Positions 50,991 to 64,000 of a DNA stretch of 64,000 bases are shown here, one piece after another (positions within the stretch are counted from its first letter, which is position 1; every line of letters starts with the position of its first letter). The position numbers and the translations under genes were made by a program. Where the stretch lies: the NCBI GenBank assembly GCA_964188305.1, contig OZ076896.1; one strand, given 5' to 3'. Under the pieces are notes generated by a model. It searched no databases. It had not been told where the DNA came from and worked only from the letters and a program-made list of their open reading frames with translations. The DNA is from Podarcis bocagei. Taxonomy: Eukaryota.

Positions 50991-53044
50991 TCACATCAGA
51001 GAATATAACATAGTCTTATTCACATCCACTGCTTTCTTTTCTCTGATCCACCCCAGCTCTTGTCAATTTGTTGTCTGGACAATCTAGCAGAAGGGAAGGG
51101 AGGGGTAACTTGTCAATGAGAGCAGGAAAGGACAACCACCTTTACTGAGCAGAGAGGGAATACAGAAAGTGGAATGGGGTCAGGGGGAGAACAGAGAAAG
51201 AGAGACATGCCCAAAATCAATTTCTCTTATTCTCGTTTAACTGAACAATTTCTCTTTGTGTGATGACTGGCTTTTCTGCCCTCAATGCCAAGTGATTCAT
51301 CAAGACTAATATGTATATGTTAACAGTATTGATAACATATACCCTTGATTGAAGCCATGGAAAATAATCAGTTCACATCATAGCAGAGAGGGCTAATTTA
51401 ATTCAGATCCATTTCCATTACTGATCATTAGGAGCTGTCTAGTCCATTTCAATTCAAACTGCAAGATTCTGCTTTAGGGTAGAGCATTAAACAAGATGAC
51501 CTTCAAGTCCCATCCAGACCTCAAAGTCTATGTCCCTAGTGGTAACATGCTTAAAAACAGAGGGGAGGCGTTCAGCAGGAAAGCCACGTCCATTGCAAAA
51601 GCATTTTCATTCCAAATTTCAGCTATAGTTTACAACTGATAATATATACATATAATACTTAGGATTTAACAAAAGAACACTTTATATAGCCTATCCAAAG
51701 AAGACTTCACAGAAGCTAAGTTGGTTTTCCACCCAAACAACTTGCATACTAACATTTTTATAACAATTAAGAAAATTACTTTGCAAAGGATGCTGCCTGC
51801 TGTATTCGCACAATAGCCACAACACATGCCTCAATGCATAATGTGTGCATATGCACACAAGAAAAATGAAAGTAATGTGGATCATGACATAGGGAGCTTA
51901 AGGCTGCAATCCCAAACACACATGGGAGTTAAGAGGGACTTACTTCTGAGTAAACATGCATAGGATTGCTGTGCCAGTCTTAACTGATGATTAAATTTGA
52001 GACAGAAATTATGAATGTAATAGGAAGGCAGTTATTGTTAACAAATATATCTGGAGAACCATTTGTTAGAGAGAAGCAGTGATTAATGCCAGCAACACAT
52101 CCTGCTTCCTGTCTGAATAGGCAGTAGGTTACTGTTACATACTACTTTTACATTCAAAAATCATGCAAGTATCCAAAATATGTGAAGTTCTCTGCAATTC
52201 AGGTTACTTAAATAATTTGTTTTCGTATTATTATGCCAATCTACACTACCAACCCCCATCTTATTGAATATTTAAAACTGTCTGAGCAAACGAAGAGTCA
52301 CTATACTAACAAAAGGCTCTGGACATTTCCCCAAGTTCAGAAAGGAAATCTGTAGACTAGTTTGTTTCCCCCAGAATGTTACCTCATAGGATAAGAGGTA
52401 AATTTAGGGCCGGATGTTCTCCAGTACTGCTTCCTTAGTCTCAGGCAGCTTTCACGTATACAATCTACTTTAGCTGATACTGCTAATTACTGCAAGAGTG
52501 AAAATATGAACAATTACTAGTTTTGGTAATAGCAAAACCTAAACAGGTTATTAACTGACATATTGAACACGGGACATAAGAATATGTTGTGTCTCCTGAT
52601 TCTGTCCACTGATATGTATCTAACCCAGATAATTTGTGAATAACTATGGGGACAGTCACTTAGAAAGTGTGAATATCCTTCCTGTTTGAACCTGACACAC
52701 TGACAATATAATCAGTAATGCCATTTGAATATGAGCATTAAAATAATCTGGAGATATTAGCTTCAGGGACTGAGCTAGAATTTGACCCATAATAATTATG
52801 CTGCAAGGAATGGATACATTCCTGAATACCCAAGTTGCGTCCTGAAAATGTGCAGGGGTTTGTTTTTGCACCACAGGGGCTCAATGCCAATCTAGTCCAA
52901 AGTGCACATAATAAACAGATGCTAGCATCATTCGCATAGATCCTGATTTCCTATTAACCACTCCCATGTTTCTGGGCTGTTTCCCAGGGCCTGGGTCTCG
53001 ATGTCTGCCCTCTGCCATTGGAAAGACGTGAGAAATAGTTACTA

Positions 53045-53296
53045 CAGTGGTGCCCCGCAGACGAATGCCTCGCAAGACGAAAAACTCGCTAGACGAAAGG
53101 GTTTTTCGGTTTTGCGTTGCTTCGCTAGACGAATTTCCCTATGGGCTTGCTTCGCAAGACAAAAACGTCTTGCGCTTTTTTCTTAAAGCCGCTTGAAGAG
53201 GTGAAGTTGCGATGGACCGTGCTTCGCAAGACGAAAAACATCGCAAGACGAAAAGACTCGCGGAACGAATTATTTTCGTCTTGCGAGGCACCACTG
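53045..53296. mobile_element. Tc1/mariner (pogo-like) MITE with internal CGCAAGACGAA repeats
   Basis: TIR CAGTGGTGCC...GGCACCACTG, TA TSD; sister copy at 62354-62583. Confidence 0.9.
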
Positions 53297-56200
53297 TACA
53301 AGGTTGTCAGAAGTTCTACTATCTTGCCTTCAAAACCTGGCAACTGTGGCACCCATGATCAGAACTATATTTTTTTAGAGACATGCATACTGTTTGTTCT
53401 TTCTATATGCTGGGCATGTAAACCAAGAATCGGAGCATTCTGCATATCATTTTATTCCTGTAACAGGATGAGTATTTCTTCTCCTGCAACTTATGGGCTT
53501 CTTTTACTCTGTCCCATTAACTCAAACAAGTATTTTTGTCTTCCACAGATACATACCCATATTCAAGAATACAATCAGTTTAGAAGACAGTGGGTTGGAT
53601 TTAGACTTCTCATGAGTGGAGCTCTACCTACAGGACACTGCCCTGTAAGAAGGTGGGGTGTTTGCTGAATCTTCCTTCCCTCCCTTGTAAAGTTTCTATG
53701 GAGGTTGGGCTCTCCAAACCATAATTGTGGTTATGATTATTTATTAAATTTGCATACCACCCTTCACCTGAAGACCACATGGAGAAACAATTATGGGAGG
53801 TTGCTTTTGGAGCAGCAGAGAAATCAGAAGAAGACACCTCCTTTCCTCTAAGATTAAAAATAAGGGGGGGGGGAGACAGCTGAATATCTATAACTAGTTT
53901 CCAATAGACTGGCTTGTTTAAACGTGAATAAAAATATTATCTTGAAAAAACCCAAAGTTGTCTTCAGCATTAAGCAGAATTTTTATACCACTTAATTATG
54001 AACAAAACCTCTAAACAGTTTTAGCATGGTCCTCTTTTGCAGATTAAATCTGCTATGTTTTGCCAAAATTATCTCTAAGTATCAGGTGCTTCTAAAGACT
54101 TGCAAGTAGTATTAGAAGATAAAATTAATTTCCTATAGCTTAGTACAGACAACTTTCTTTCAACCAAGTGGATCTTTTAATATTATATATTTTCTGCTCT
54201 ACAGCAGTAGCAGTTTAAGACTCAGCAGCCATCTTATCACAGGTTCACACAAATGCTACATCACTCAATTAATCCAATACAGTAGAATACTAAAGGCACA
54301 TCAAATCAATAAATTGTATTGATATGAAGATACTGACAATAAAGTCACAAGTGAAGAATTCTACTTCTGCGTAGTACAATTCTTCTACTGACCATTACAG
54401 AGGACAATACACTAAAAGTACAAATATCAGTTTGTTACACAGGATTTTCAAATAAAGGAAGTTTTGAAAGATCAAAACAGCCTTTTATTCATCTCTTTTA
54501 GAGATGCCATAAATGTGAACACTGAACATTTATGACTTGAAACGTATTGTCTAAGTCTTCACTGCAGCTAAGCAAATGCCACAGAATCAAACTGTTCTTG
54601 ATTAATTTAAAAACTTAATTGAAATAAAGCCACAACATCACTCTACTACAAGAAACTACAGAAAGCTAACCTTGATCTTTATTATTGTGCATGCTTACAA
54701 AGTTAATAGAACGTTACTGAAGACTTTGTGAACCAAACTAAACACTATTTAAGAGCTGAAGAATTAAGACATTTTGTTTCCCAGTAAAAACTGAGAGCAG
54801 TATAAAGACAGTCATGTACAGAAATCTACTTTTTCATGCAAATAAAGCAGTACACAAATTCATTGCTTAAAGAGGATGACAAGCACTCCTTTCCCATTCA
54901 CTTCACTCTTTTCAAGTTATTGCACTTGAAACATTTTTTGGAAAAAGCTTCATGAACCAAGTCCAGTTCTCAAGGTCTAACAATGACATTTAATTAGTGG
55001 GCTGTCACTTGAACTGGCATCTAAACTTTTGTGAAATACTCAATTCCATATTAATTCAACATCTTACAAGTCTAACAGAAAACCAATTCTTAGCATGCCC
55101 AATAAAAGCAAAGAATTAATGTTGTTAGCATGAAGCAATTCAAACATTTAGACTTCTAATCTACGCAAAGATGCCTGCCCCATGTATGACCCAAGTTTCA
55201 AATTCACACTGCCCCCCACAAAGTGTGTATTTGTAGAACGGCTGATGCCAAGCCTGGCTCTAGAAGGCAACAAAGTCAGGCAATGGACAAGAGCCTAAGA
55301 CTGGGACCCAACCATACTATCATTTTCAGTTAATATGAAGCACTGAAAATGGTCAGGTTTTTAAAAATAAAATAAATAAAATAAAATCTCAGTTTGCATA
55401 TCCTAGCTCTTTCAGATGAAGCAGTGAAAGCAATTTGTGCCCAAGGGTTGTGCACTGGTTCAACACTGAAATGTGACACTCACCATAGTTCAGAGCCCAC
55501 CCAATATGTTTGATCAGAAGAACCATATAGGTAATTGTCCACAAGGCAGAGCCCTAAATGTATGGAAAGGGTGTGTGTATACAAGTACTGGAGATAAGTT
55601 ACTTATATGCTATTCTCAAGACGTTTCAGATAGCATAAAGCCAGGGATATTAGTGAAATACTACATACCTGTTATCATACATTGAATTGCTGGAACAGGA
55701 TTACAATTAATACAAGGGACTGGATCTGTTCAGCTAGGGAAAGTATTTGTAGCGTTCTGACGTTAGGTTGCAACCCTAAATCTTTTCCCCTGGCATGAAA
55801 TTCCAATAAAATTCAAAGGGCTTACTTCCAGGCAAATGTACTCGTGAACCTTTTTTGTTTTTAAGACATACATTTGTATCACATACTCTTTAGAATGGAA
55901 AGAGCTTTCAAGGTGGCTGTCAATAACAATTTGTCTAGGCTGTGCTTACTGAATTTATCTCTCTCTCCTCACCAAAAAAATCCCAAAGCAAATTACTACC
56001 AAATTATTTGCAACAAACTATAGTTCATTTTCATGAAGGGTAGGTATAGCAGGCCTTTTTAGACAACAGTGACAAAGATTCCACATAACACCATAAAATA
56101 CACTATAGTCTTGAATCCAGTATTTCTTTGGGATATATAGTTAATTGTACTTAAGCAATTCCATGCCTATTCTGACAAGTGGTGTTATCATAGTAAGAAA

Positions 56201-56439
56201 TTTGAAAGAGAAAAGCACTCACATCTCACTGTTTTCAAAGTATGTTGTTATACAAATGGGGGGAGGGGAATGCAGGTACCCAGTAAGTACTACCTTTCTT
56301 CATATATAGAATTTATACCTATCTGTATTCTGGGATGTTGTATGAACTGAATCAAAAATGAAAAACCTGAAGCTGCAATACTAGGGCTTGGGTGCTAAGG
56401 TAAGTGAATGGATGTGGATGACATCAATTTATTCAGAAT

Positions 56440-56900
56440 GATAAACAAAAAAAGATTATAAAGAGCTCTAAAAGGCTCTTTCCAAAATAAGATAAGCAGG
56501 CAGTAAAATGGCAAATGCAGTTCAATGACAAGTCCAAAAAGTGATAGATACTGGGGCAAAAAAATGATAAATAGATGGATTGGGTCAGAGGAGGTGATGA
56601 CCAACCAAGAAGAAGAATCTTGGGTTCAAAACAGATAGTTCAATTAAAACGTTGACCCAATGTGCAGCAGGTGAGAAAAAGATAAATTCCATATTTGGGA
56701 TTATTATGAAAAGGATTGCAAACGGATTACAATCTTCTAAAATTGTAATGCCTTTATATAGATCTATGGTGCCTAAAGTTTGGGTCAGCATGTCTCAAAA
56801 TGGAAAACTCAGGAAACAGCAACCCAAATGACCAACAGCCAAAGCAACTCCACTGTGAGGGAGGGTTACAACATCTAGGACTTTCAAGTACAGAAAAAGG
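56440..56900 (+). mobile_element. CR1 RT fragment
   Basis: Degenerate DLGV...DSSIK...TQCAAGEKKINSIFGII...IVMPLYRSMV. Confidence 0.7.
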
Positions 56901-56904
56901 AAGA

Positions 56905-57022
56905 AGGAATGGGAAATTTGGGGTCTTCCAGATGTTGCAGGATTAAAACTCCTGACATCCCTAACAAGCCAGTTAGGGGAGATGGGAGTACAAGTCCAAC
57001 AACATCTGGAGGGCCACATGTT
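56905..57022. mobile_element. Old palindromic hAT MITE
   Basis: TCCAGATGTTG...CAACATCTGGA inverted arms. Confidence 0.55.
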
Positions 57023-57487
57023 CAGAGAAGTACGCATGCCTGAGAATTTCCTTTGGTCCATGTTCTTTAAACAAACCTGATACTTACATCCCAGAATAAT
57101 ATGCAAATAAGAATGTCATTATCCTTTGGTTTCTGAACTTCTCTGAATTTTGCTTCAAAAATATAGTGAAAGGCATATATGTACTATGTGAAGAAAAATA
57201 TGTTCAGAAATATGAATGTTAACGTGTTCTTTTTTATATTTGCAGAGTGACAAAGAAATAGGTAGGACAAAGCACACTTATGGACTGAACACATGTGAAA
57301 CTGACACAGCTTGGAAATAAATTGATCACAAGATGAAGGTTTTTTTAAAGAATTATGCATAGTGTAAATTCAATGGATGCAGAAATTCAAACTACTAGAA
57401 CCCAAAATCATCGGTTAAAACTGAATACTAGAAGATTCATGATAACTCAAATGAAGCACAGTGGAAACCACGCACAGGTTGCAATTC

Positions 57488-57635
57488 AGTGCTTCTGTGC
57501 ATAGTGCAATTTAGCGCTTCTGCTCATACGCGACTGCCGAAACCCGGAGGTAACCCGTTCTGGTACTTCTGGTTTTCGGCAGTCCACAACCTGAAAAAAT
57601 GCAACCTGAAGCGGACGCGACATGAGGTATGACTG
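57488..57635. mobile_element. Truncated Tigger-like MITE
   Basis: Ends GAGGTATGACTG-TA; related to 58774-59027. Confidence 0.65.
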
Positions 57636-58773
57636 TACTGCGCACACAGTATACTTAAACTGGAATTTTCTACCAGAGGATGTGGTGATGGTAACCAACT
57701 AGGGGAGTAGACATGTTGAATTAAATAGGACTTCAGAGTAGACATTGTTAGAACTGAACTATTAGATGCCTTTAAAGCTAAGAAGCTTACAACTACAGTA
57801 TAAGTAAACAAAACACAATTTTTTGGTTTTGACTTGAGCACAGAAACTAGGTTCTAAGTAGGCTAGATAAAGAAACTGTATATATTCTATTATACTAAAC
57901 ACTACATTCAGAATTAACAAATAAGCCATATACAATGTTCTTTCATTTTACTTATTTCAGCATTTTAAAGGGATACTAAAATCATATCAAACTGACAGTT
58001 TGTCACTAAATTACCATCTTGTCACACACAGAAACAAATCACAACAAACCACATAGATACTTTTGCCAATTTCTCATACAATGCTCAAATCTTTCTACTG
58101 TTTGAGCAAGCAAATCATTTTCCTATCACCCAACTTCCCTTCAGTAATTCCTTCAAATCTTCTCTCAGACCTCCGCCTTCAAAGGTTGAGAGCCTTTCCT
58201 TCGCAGCAGACTTTCCCTTCTTCCACATTAGAAGTTTCACACAATGTCTTCTACAGTTCATCCTCAGAAGTCCATTAATGAGCACACACAACTCTAAATG
58301 AAAGCCATACCATAACTCCCTTATTCTGGTTAAAACTAGGCTATGCCATTCTCAAATGACAGAGTTACAAAAAAGTCAGGAAAACTGAGACCTCAGGAAA
58401 ATAGGGGTTACTGAAGAAAGGATGCGCAGACTGGATTTCATATATCATTGCTAACAGGTCTATAAACAAGCAAGGCTCAAGAATTCCCAAGTGTGAATCA
58501 AAAAATGATTGTTAAATAAGAAGAGTGAAGCACTGAGTCAATTAATGCTGCATGTTCCATTGCCTCAGATTGGAAGGTGGCAGGGAAAGGGAGATGAAGA
58601 GGGAGAACAAGCCCTGCTGGTTGGAGAGAAGAAGGGACAGCTGGAGAAAAAAATAGCACAAAGAGGTACAGGGGTCAAATAAGAATATTTTACAAAGTAT
58701 AGAACAGAAGCCTCACAATTTAGAAGGTGGGCAAGATTTCATTCAGCAATCCTGTGGTGCAGAAACTGCAATA

Positions 58774-59027
58774 CAGTCATACCTCGGGTTGAATGTGCTT
58801 TGGGATGAGCGCGTTCGAGTTGTGCTCCGCGGCAACCCGGAAGTAAAGGAGTATGTTACTTCCGAGTTTTGCCGCTTGCGCATGTGCTCAAAGTGACGTC
58901 ACGCGCATGCGCAGAAGCGGCAAAAAGCAACACGTGCATGCACAGACGTGCCGTCGTTGGTTACATTTGCTTCTAGATGCGAACGGGGCTCCGGAACGGA
59001 TCCCGTTCACATCTAGAGGTACCACTG
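58774..59027. mobile_element. Tigger-like MITE
   Basis: TA-CAGTCATACCTC...GAGGTACCACTG-TA. Confidence 0.85.
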
Positions 59028-59240
59028 TATGCTTTAATTTGGTTTCCAGGCACTTCTGACCAATTCTGCAAGGGCTCTTTTACAAATCCAAAGAATAAAA
59101 ACATTACAGAATTTTAAAAGCAAACAGAAGAAGATAAAAGAAATGGCATTACCAATGCAAGCGGAACCACACATCTCCATACAAAACAAAGTCAATAAAA
59201 AATGTGATACAGCCAAGTCTTTGTTTCATTGCTTTTGCCT

Positions 59241-59388
59241 AGCTAGCTCAGTTGGTTAGAACAAGGTGCTGATAATCCCAAGCTTGCAGGTTTGATCCCC
59301 ATATGGGATAGCTGCATATTCCTGTATTGCGGGGTGGGGGTGGACCAGATGATCCACAGGGTCCCTTCCCAACTCTACAATTCTATTC
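59241..59388 (+). mobile_element. Short tRNA-head / CR1-tail SINE (POMSINE/Squam2-like)
   Basis: A box TAGCTCAGTTGG, B box GGTTTGATCCC, tail GATGATCCACAGGGTCCCTTCCCAACTCTACAATTCTAT. Confidence 0.75.
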
Positions 59389-61392
59389 CTGTCACCATTA
59401 TCCTGGTCTGTACATAATGCTAAACAATAAGGTTATAGCCAATGAAGGCACAGCGCTTGCAGAATGACTTATGCTCACACAATGGAACTTCCTCTCATTT
59501 CTCTTCACACATATCTGCTGGGACAGGGTCCCCTAACACTTGAAGAGGATGGGAGGCAGAGGGATAAGAGAGGAGGGAACATTTTATTGTGCAAGTGTAA
59601 GTCATTCCATAAACGCAATAATGTCTCTAGGAACACAGAAATTCTCAATTTATAGAAATTAAGAATACCTGTACATTCTTGGAAGTTTCATATCAGTTAA
59701 TTTGTACCCTAAAATAGTGTGTTCAGGTATTAAACTACTCCCTTGGGATAAGCTTATCTGCAATGCAGTCTTTATGAAGAGGAAGAGAAGGAGGATATCA
59801 GGAGGAAACAGAAGTCCAAGCGTAATAATATGCTAAGGGACCTTGTGATCTCCACTAAACTTGTTTCCTGACTCACTAGGATTAGTAAAACTGAAAGCAT
59901 GCCATTTACAAAATGTTAAAAAGTGAAGTTTTAACTATGTAGAAATTATCTGTCTCAAATATAATACTTTTCCACTACTTGAATAAAAGTTAGTCATGTA
60001 TTTTTAGTTCTTTAATATTTTAGTCTTTAACAGTTATTGAATACCCCACACCCAATTCTGTCTTTTAAGTATACAACATATATTGGAGGCGAGGAAGAAT
60101 CTCTCTCTCCCACAAATGGATAGGGAGATAGAATAGTAGAAAACAGCACATATCTCCCTATCCACAGGTATCTTTAAATAAAACTGTGATTGGATACACT
60201 TGTGTGTAAAGTTTCTTTGAAATAAAGCTTACTTCCAGAGATAAAATGAAGTTGAAACCAATTGATAAATAGGCCAAGGGTGGCAATTATGTATACGCTA
60301 TTAGTAGGAATAGGGTATCGTGCAAATGTTGGTCCACAAAGGCCAATCTACAGATTACTTTCCCCACACAGGTTACTTCTATATACCCAAATATAGTATT
60401 TAATACAGTTTGCTATGTGGAACTTCCCAATCAGGAAAGCTTTCATAGTTGTAACAGATGCCTTCCACACTGCTAGTGTAGAAACTTCTCACACAAGACC
60501 TGAAAGTAATTGTGAGTGGTAAGAAAACCTTATTGGAACTGCAAGGATCAGTGTGGCAATCTGGGTTAGATATTAGTTAGATACACATGGTTGCCATGAA
60601 GAAGTGGACAGCCATATGGAGAAGGTATTATGCAGATTATTCACAAGAGTTCAGCATAGCAGCATAATGAGCAGTTATTGTAAAATCTATCACTGATCCC
60701 CATAACAACTTCCTGCAGGTGAACAAAAGTTCAATTTTCAAAACAGGAAACAAACCTAATAAACTGCTAGAGCCAAACTGAATTTAGACTCAAGTCCAAT
60801 GTTCAGCTAACATGTTAGTATCTGCCTACAAGTGGCATAGTTGGTTACAAGTCACCAACACCCTTCAACTTCTAGCAACACCAGAGGCCGCAATGTATTT
60901 ATAGACTCATGAGTGTTTCTCAGAATTCCCACCAATAAACTACAAAAACCATGTCTCTTATAGGAGTAAGAGCACCATTCCTGGAACAATATATGGGAAC
61001 AATTATTCCAAAGAAAATGCAAGCAAAGGTAAATCCACTGAGATGCACTCACCAAGAAGAAAAGTTAGATTGCTCCAGCCTCCATACAGTCTGAAATCTA
61101 AGTAGAAGGGGGAAAAACCAGAGCAATTAACAGCAATACGACGACTGGCTGGTTCTATAAAAGGGATGGGAATCAGAAGTTCCACAGAAGTTGCTAGGCT
61201 ACAACTCCCATCAACCCTGGCTACTGCTCATTTTGGGTGAGCTGATGGGAGTTGCAATTCAAAACATTTAGGGGACACTGGAATGAGGAAACCTTCCATA
61301 AGGTTAACTAGTACTCACTGTTCTTATTGAAGCAGTACCCTTTCTGAAATGATATCAAAAATATTTCCTCTTGCTGAAAAATCCATTTAAAG

Positions 61393-61528
61393 CAGGCTTC
61401 CTCAAACTCAGCCTTCCAGATGTTTTTGGCCTACAACTCCCATGATCCCTAGCTAGCAGGACCAGTGGTCAGGGATGATGGGAACTGCAGTCTCAAAGCA
61501 TCTGGAGGGCCGAGTTTGAGGAAGCCTG
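61393..61528. mobile_element. Palindromic hAT MITE
   Basis: TIR CAGGCTTCCTCAAACTC...GAGTTTGAGGAAGCCTG; perfect TSD ATTTAAAG. Confidence 0.92.
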
Positions 61529-61887
61529 ATTTAAAGGATTGACCATAAAAAGTGATAAAAACTGAATAAATGTTGATCATGTAGATTGACTCATTTGCTT
61601 GGAGACTGCACACCTGCCTGAAGGGCCACTGAGAATGTACAAGACCACTGTGGAGCCTACTGTAGGCAATTTGCGTAGCCTCCATGATGGCGAGTGTAGT
61701 ATACAAGTGTTACCCTGTTCCCATTGGAATGTAAGAGCTCAGAACAAAGGTCCAACATACTGTTTCCATGGCCAAGAAGATGCCTATGGAAAGCCTACAA
61801 GCAGGACCAGAGTTTGACAGTACCCACCCATCTATTTTTCTTAATTAAATTTGGATACTGCCCTTCATCCACAGATCTCAGGGCAGT

Positions 61888-62096
61888 AAAGAACAGTCCT
61901 GTTTACGAACTCTGCAAAACCGGAAATAGTGTCCCAGTTTGCGATCTTTACCTTGGTCTAAGAACAGAATCCGAACAGTGGAAGGGCCCTGGCGATGGGA
62001 GGCCTCATTAGGGAAAGTGCGCCTTGGTTTAAGAATGGTTTTGGTTTAAAGACTGACTTCCAGAACAGATTAAGTTCGTAAACCGAAGTACCACTG
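61888..62096. mobile_element. 5'-truncated copy of the 15534 MITE family
   Basis: Colinear with 15550-15774; ends GTACCACTG-TA. Confidence 0.8.
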
Positions 62097-62353
62097 TACT
62101 TGCGATTCCCAAGCATTCAGAGGCATATTGTCTCCCACCATAGCTATTACAGCTAGTGGTCATTCACATTCACTCATCCTCCATTGATCTGTCTAATCTT
62201 CTTTTAAAGACAGCAAAGTTGCTCCAAAGTTATAAGCTTTCCTCACAGGGGGGTTGCTTCACCCCCTTGCTCATTTTGGTTGCCTTTTTTTTCATATATT
62301 CAATATCCTCCTTCAGCTGCAGCAAGCAATCATATTCTCACCAGTTTTATATA

Positions 62354-62583
62354 CAGTGGTGCCCCGTAAGACGAATGCCTCGCAAGACAAAAAACTCGCT
62401 AGACGAAAGGTTTTTTCATTCGCGATTTGCCTCGCAAGACGAATTCCCCTATGGGCTTGCTTCGCAAGACGAAAACTTCTTGCGACTTTGTTAAACCGTT
62501 TAAACCGTGCTTCGCAAGACGAAAAATTCGTTAGACGGCAAAAATTGCGGAACGAATTAATTTCGTCTTGCGGGGCACCACTG
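62354..62583. mobile_element. Tc1/mariner (pogo-like) MITE
   Basis: TIR CAGTGGTGCCCCG...CGGGGCACCACTG, TA TSD. Confidence 0.9.
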
Positions 62584-63399
62584 TAATAGCATTAAGCTAC
62601 AGGGTGTTTTAGTTTCATTCACTTTCTTAATGATCCCTAAAGTAAAATTCAACATATCTTGGTTTTTGTGCCCCAACGTGCTTCATTTTACACTTGCTAA
62701 CACTGAATTACATTGCCACTATACTGCTCATTCACACAGTTTTGGAGAGATTCTCTATAATGCAGAAGCATTTATCAGTAGTCCCCCGTGTGGAGGTTGG
62801 AATGTTTGTATCATCCCCAGTTCAGCTGAAAACCACTACTTCACTACAACAAAGCATGGGTTTAATGGGCAGAGGAATAAAATAGGATAACTTCAGTGAA
62901 CAAACTGCAGAGTTCCGATACGACCGGTTGTAGCAAATCCGCAGTTGTCACAATCCAAACTACTTAGTTCCTAACTTTGTGAAAGCGCAACCGCCCCAAT
63001 TTCTACTCCTTTTGCCAACGGAAAGTAGAGGCAGATGCGATTTGGGGTCTTTGGGACCCGTCTGCCCGTTGCAAACAACTCCATGCAACTTTTACCCTTT
63101 TTGTGATGCACTCTTCCCAACAGCGGCCACCATCGACAGCCCTACCAAATAAAGAGAACATAGGCCTGTAGGCACCAGTGTCCCATTTCCTATAGTGCCC
63201 CCACAAACAGGGCATGAGACACCCTCACCTCCAAGTGGTGGGGACCCCCATCCACCAACTCCTTAGGGAGAAGACCCACGGGCCACAGAAGGTCGCTTTA
63301 ACTTACATGGGGCTCTGGCTCGAAATTGTAAAAGCCCCGTCATAGGGAAAGGGCAGGGTTTTGAAGAACTAGGGCTCCAAGAAGCCAGCCAGACAATGG

Positions 63400-64000
63400 G
63401 GCAATGGTGCCTGCTGCCCCGTGGAGTGGGGGGGGGGAGGCGGAACGACCCTCAAAGACCCCAGATCCCCGACCTGCTTTGACTGGCAAGGCTGCCTCGA
63501 GCTCAGGCGAGGAGGAGGAGGAAGAAAGGCATCGAAGCCGGTGTACTGACTCTGGCCAGGTGTGCTGCTTGCTGCCGCCGCCTCAACTCACCTGCCCGCC
63601 TCTTCGCCCTCCGCACCCAGCAGCAGCAGCGCCGCCGCAGCCGCCCCTCCCGGGACTCCGCCGCTGCCTCCGTCGCGGCCGGCGCTCGGGGGACTCGGCC
63701 CCACCACGAAGCTGGGAGGCGGCCGCCCACACATCCGGGGCGCGGGGGAAGGCCGTGGGGGGACACGCTCCCCTTCCTCACAGGCGGCGGCGGCAGCAGC
63801 AGGCGAGAGGGGAGCTGGTCCCCCTGCCGCCGCCCCGACTTCTCATCCCCGAGAAGGCGGCTCCCCTCCACTCGCGCCTCGGTCGGTGTCGGTGTCGGTG
63901 CCGGCCCGCCTGCGGCCTCTGCCCTCGCCACACTGGTAACCTGCTGCCCGTCACCGCCCCCCTCACTCCAACTTCCCGGCCAGCCTCCCCGCCGCCATCT
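63400..64000 (-). promoter_or_regulatory. APC: CpG island with APC promoter/exon 1B orthologue (donor CAG|GTGAGT at 63592; possible second donor CAG|GTTACC at 63941)
   Basis: Very GC- and CpG-rich; consensus donor in APC orientation; YY1 motif AGATGGCGGC at 64000-63991; GC boxes. Confidence 0.8.

Larger units (their letters stand above)
61720..62750 (-). mobile_element. Decayed CR1 interrupted by MITEs
   Basis: CR1 terminal and RT motifs (TCCTCCATTGATCTGTCTAATC, CATTTTGGTTGCC, CTTCATTTTACACTTG) around the MITEs. Confidence 0.55.
4300..64000 (-). other. APC: APC gene locus (1B first exon to proximal poly(A) site); 5' end may extend past the window
   Basis: 15 coding exons with canonical splice sites join into a 2843-aa ORF: N-terminal coiled coil, armadillo repeats, 15-aa and 20-aa repeats, SAMP repeats, C-terminal VTSV. 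Confidence 0.98.

Noticed and set aside
53045-53296. Spaced CGCAAGACGAA repeats resembling a CRISPR array
   Set aside because: Short, irregularly spaced subterminal repeats inside a TA-flanked MITE in eukaryotic DNA; no cas genes
63503-63966. 142-aa and 125-aa ORFs in the CpG island
   Set aside because: GTG-initiated, low-complexity frames that cross the splice donor, as expected from GC content

Overview
Vertebrate genomic DNA from a squamate reptile, most likely a lacertid lizard (inferred from the Sauria-type SINEs and MITE families). The window holds essentially one gene, the tumour suppressor APC (adenomatous polyposis coli), on the minus strand. All 15 coding exons were placed by GT-AG boundaries, phase continuity and translation: 135+85+202+109+114+84+105+99+379+96+140+78+117+215+6574 = 8532 nt, 2843 aa, ATG at 39791, TAA at 5133-5135. 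Two upstream non-coding first exons are recognisable: a 1A-type promoter (CCAAT/E-box/CCAAT, donor at 50848) and a 1B-type CpG island at the right edge (donor at 63592, YY1 motif at 63991-64000). The proximal 3'UTR (~4300-5132) has a miR-135 8mer, two hairpins and a poly(A) signal. Introns contain Sauria SINEs, a tRNA/CR1 SINE, L1, L2, CR1 and RTE fragments, hAT and Tc1/mariner-pogo MITEs, microsatellites and a 134-N gap. The most notable observations are an overlapping uORF fed by both first exons, the GAPPS-type YY1 site, candidate alternative 5' and poison exons, loss of the exon 9a acceptor, and nested or repeated transposon insertions carrying TF-motif clusters. No prokaryote-type novel system is present. 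All comparisons with human sequence are from memory and need alignment to confirm.
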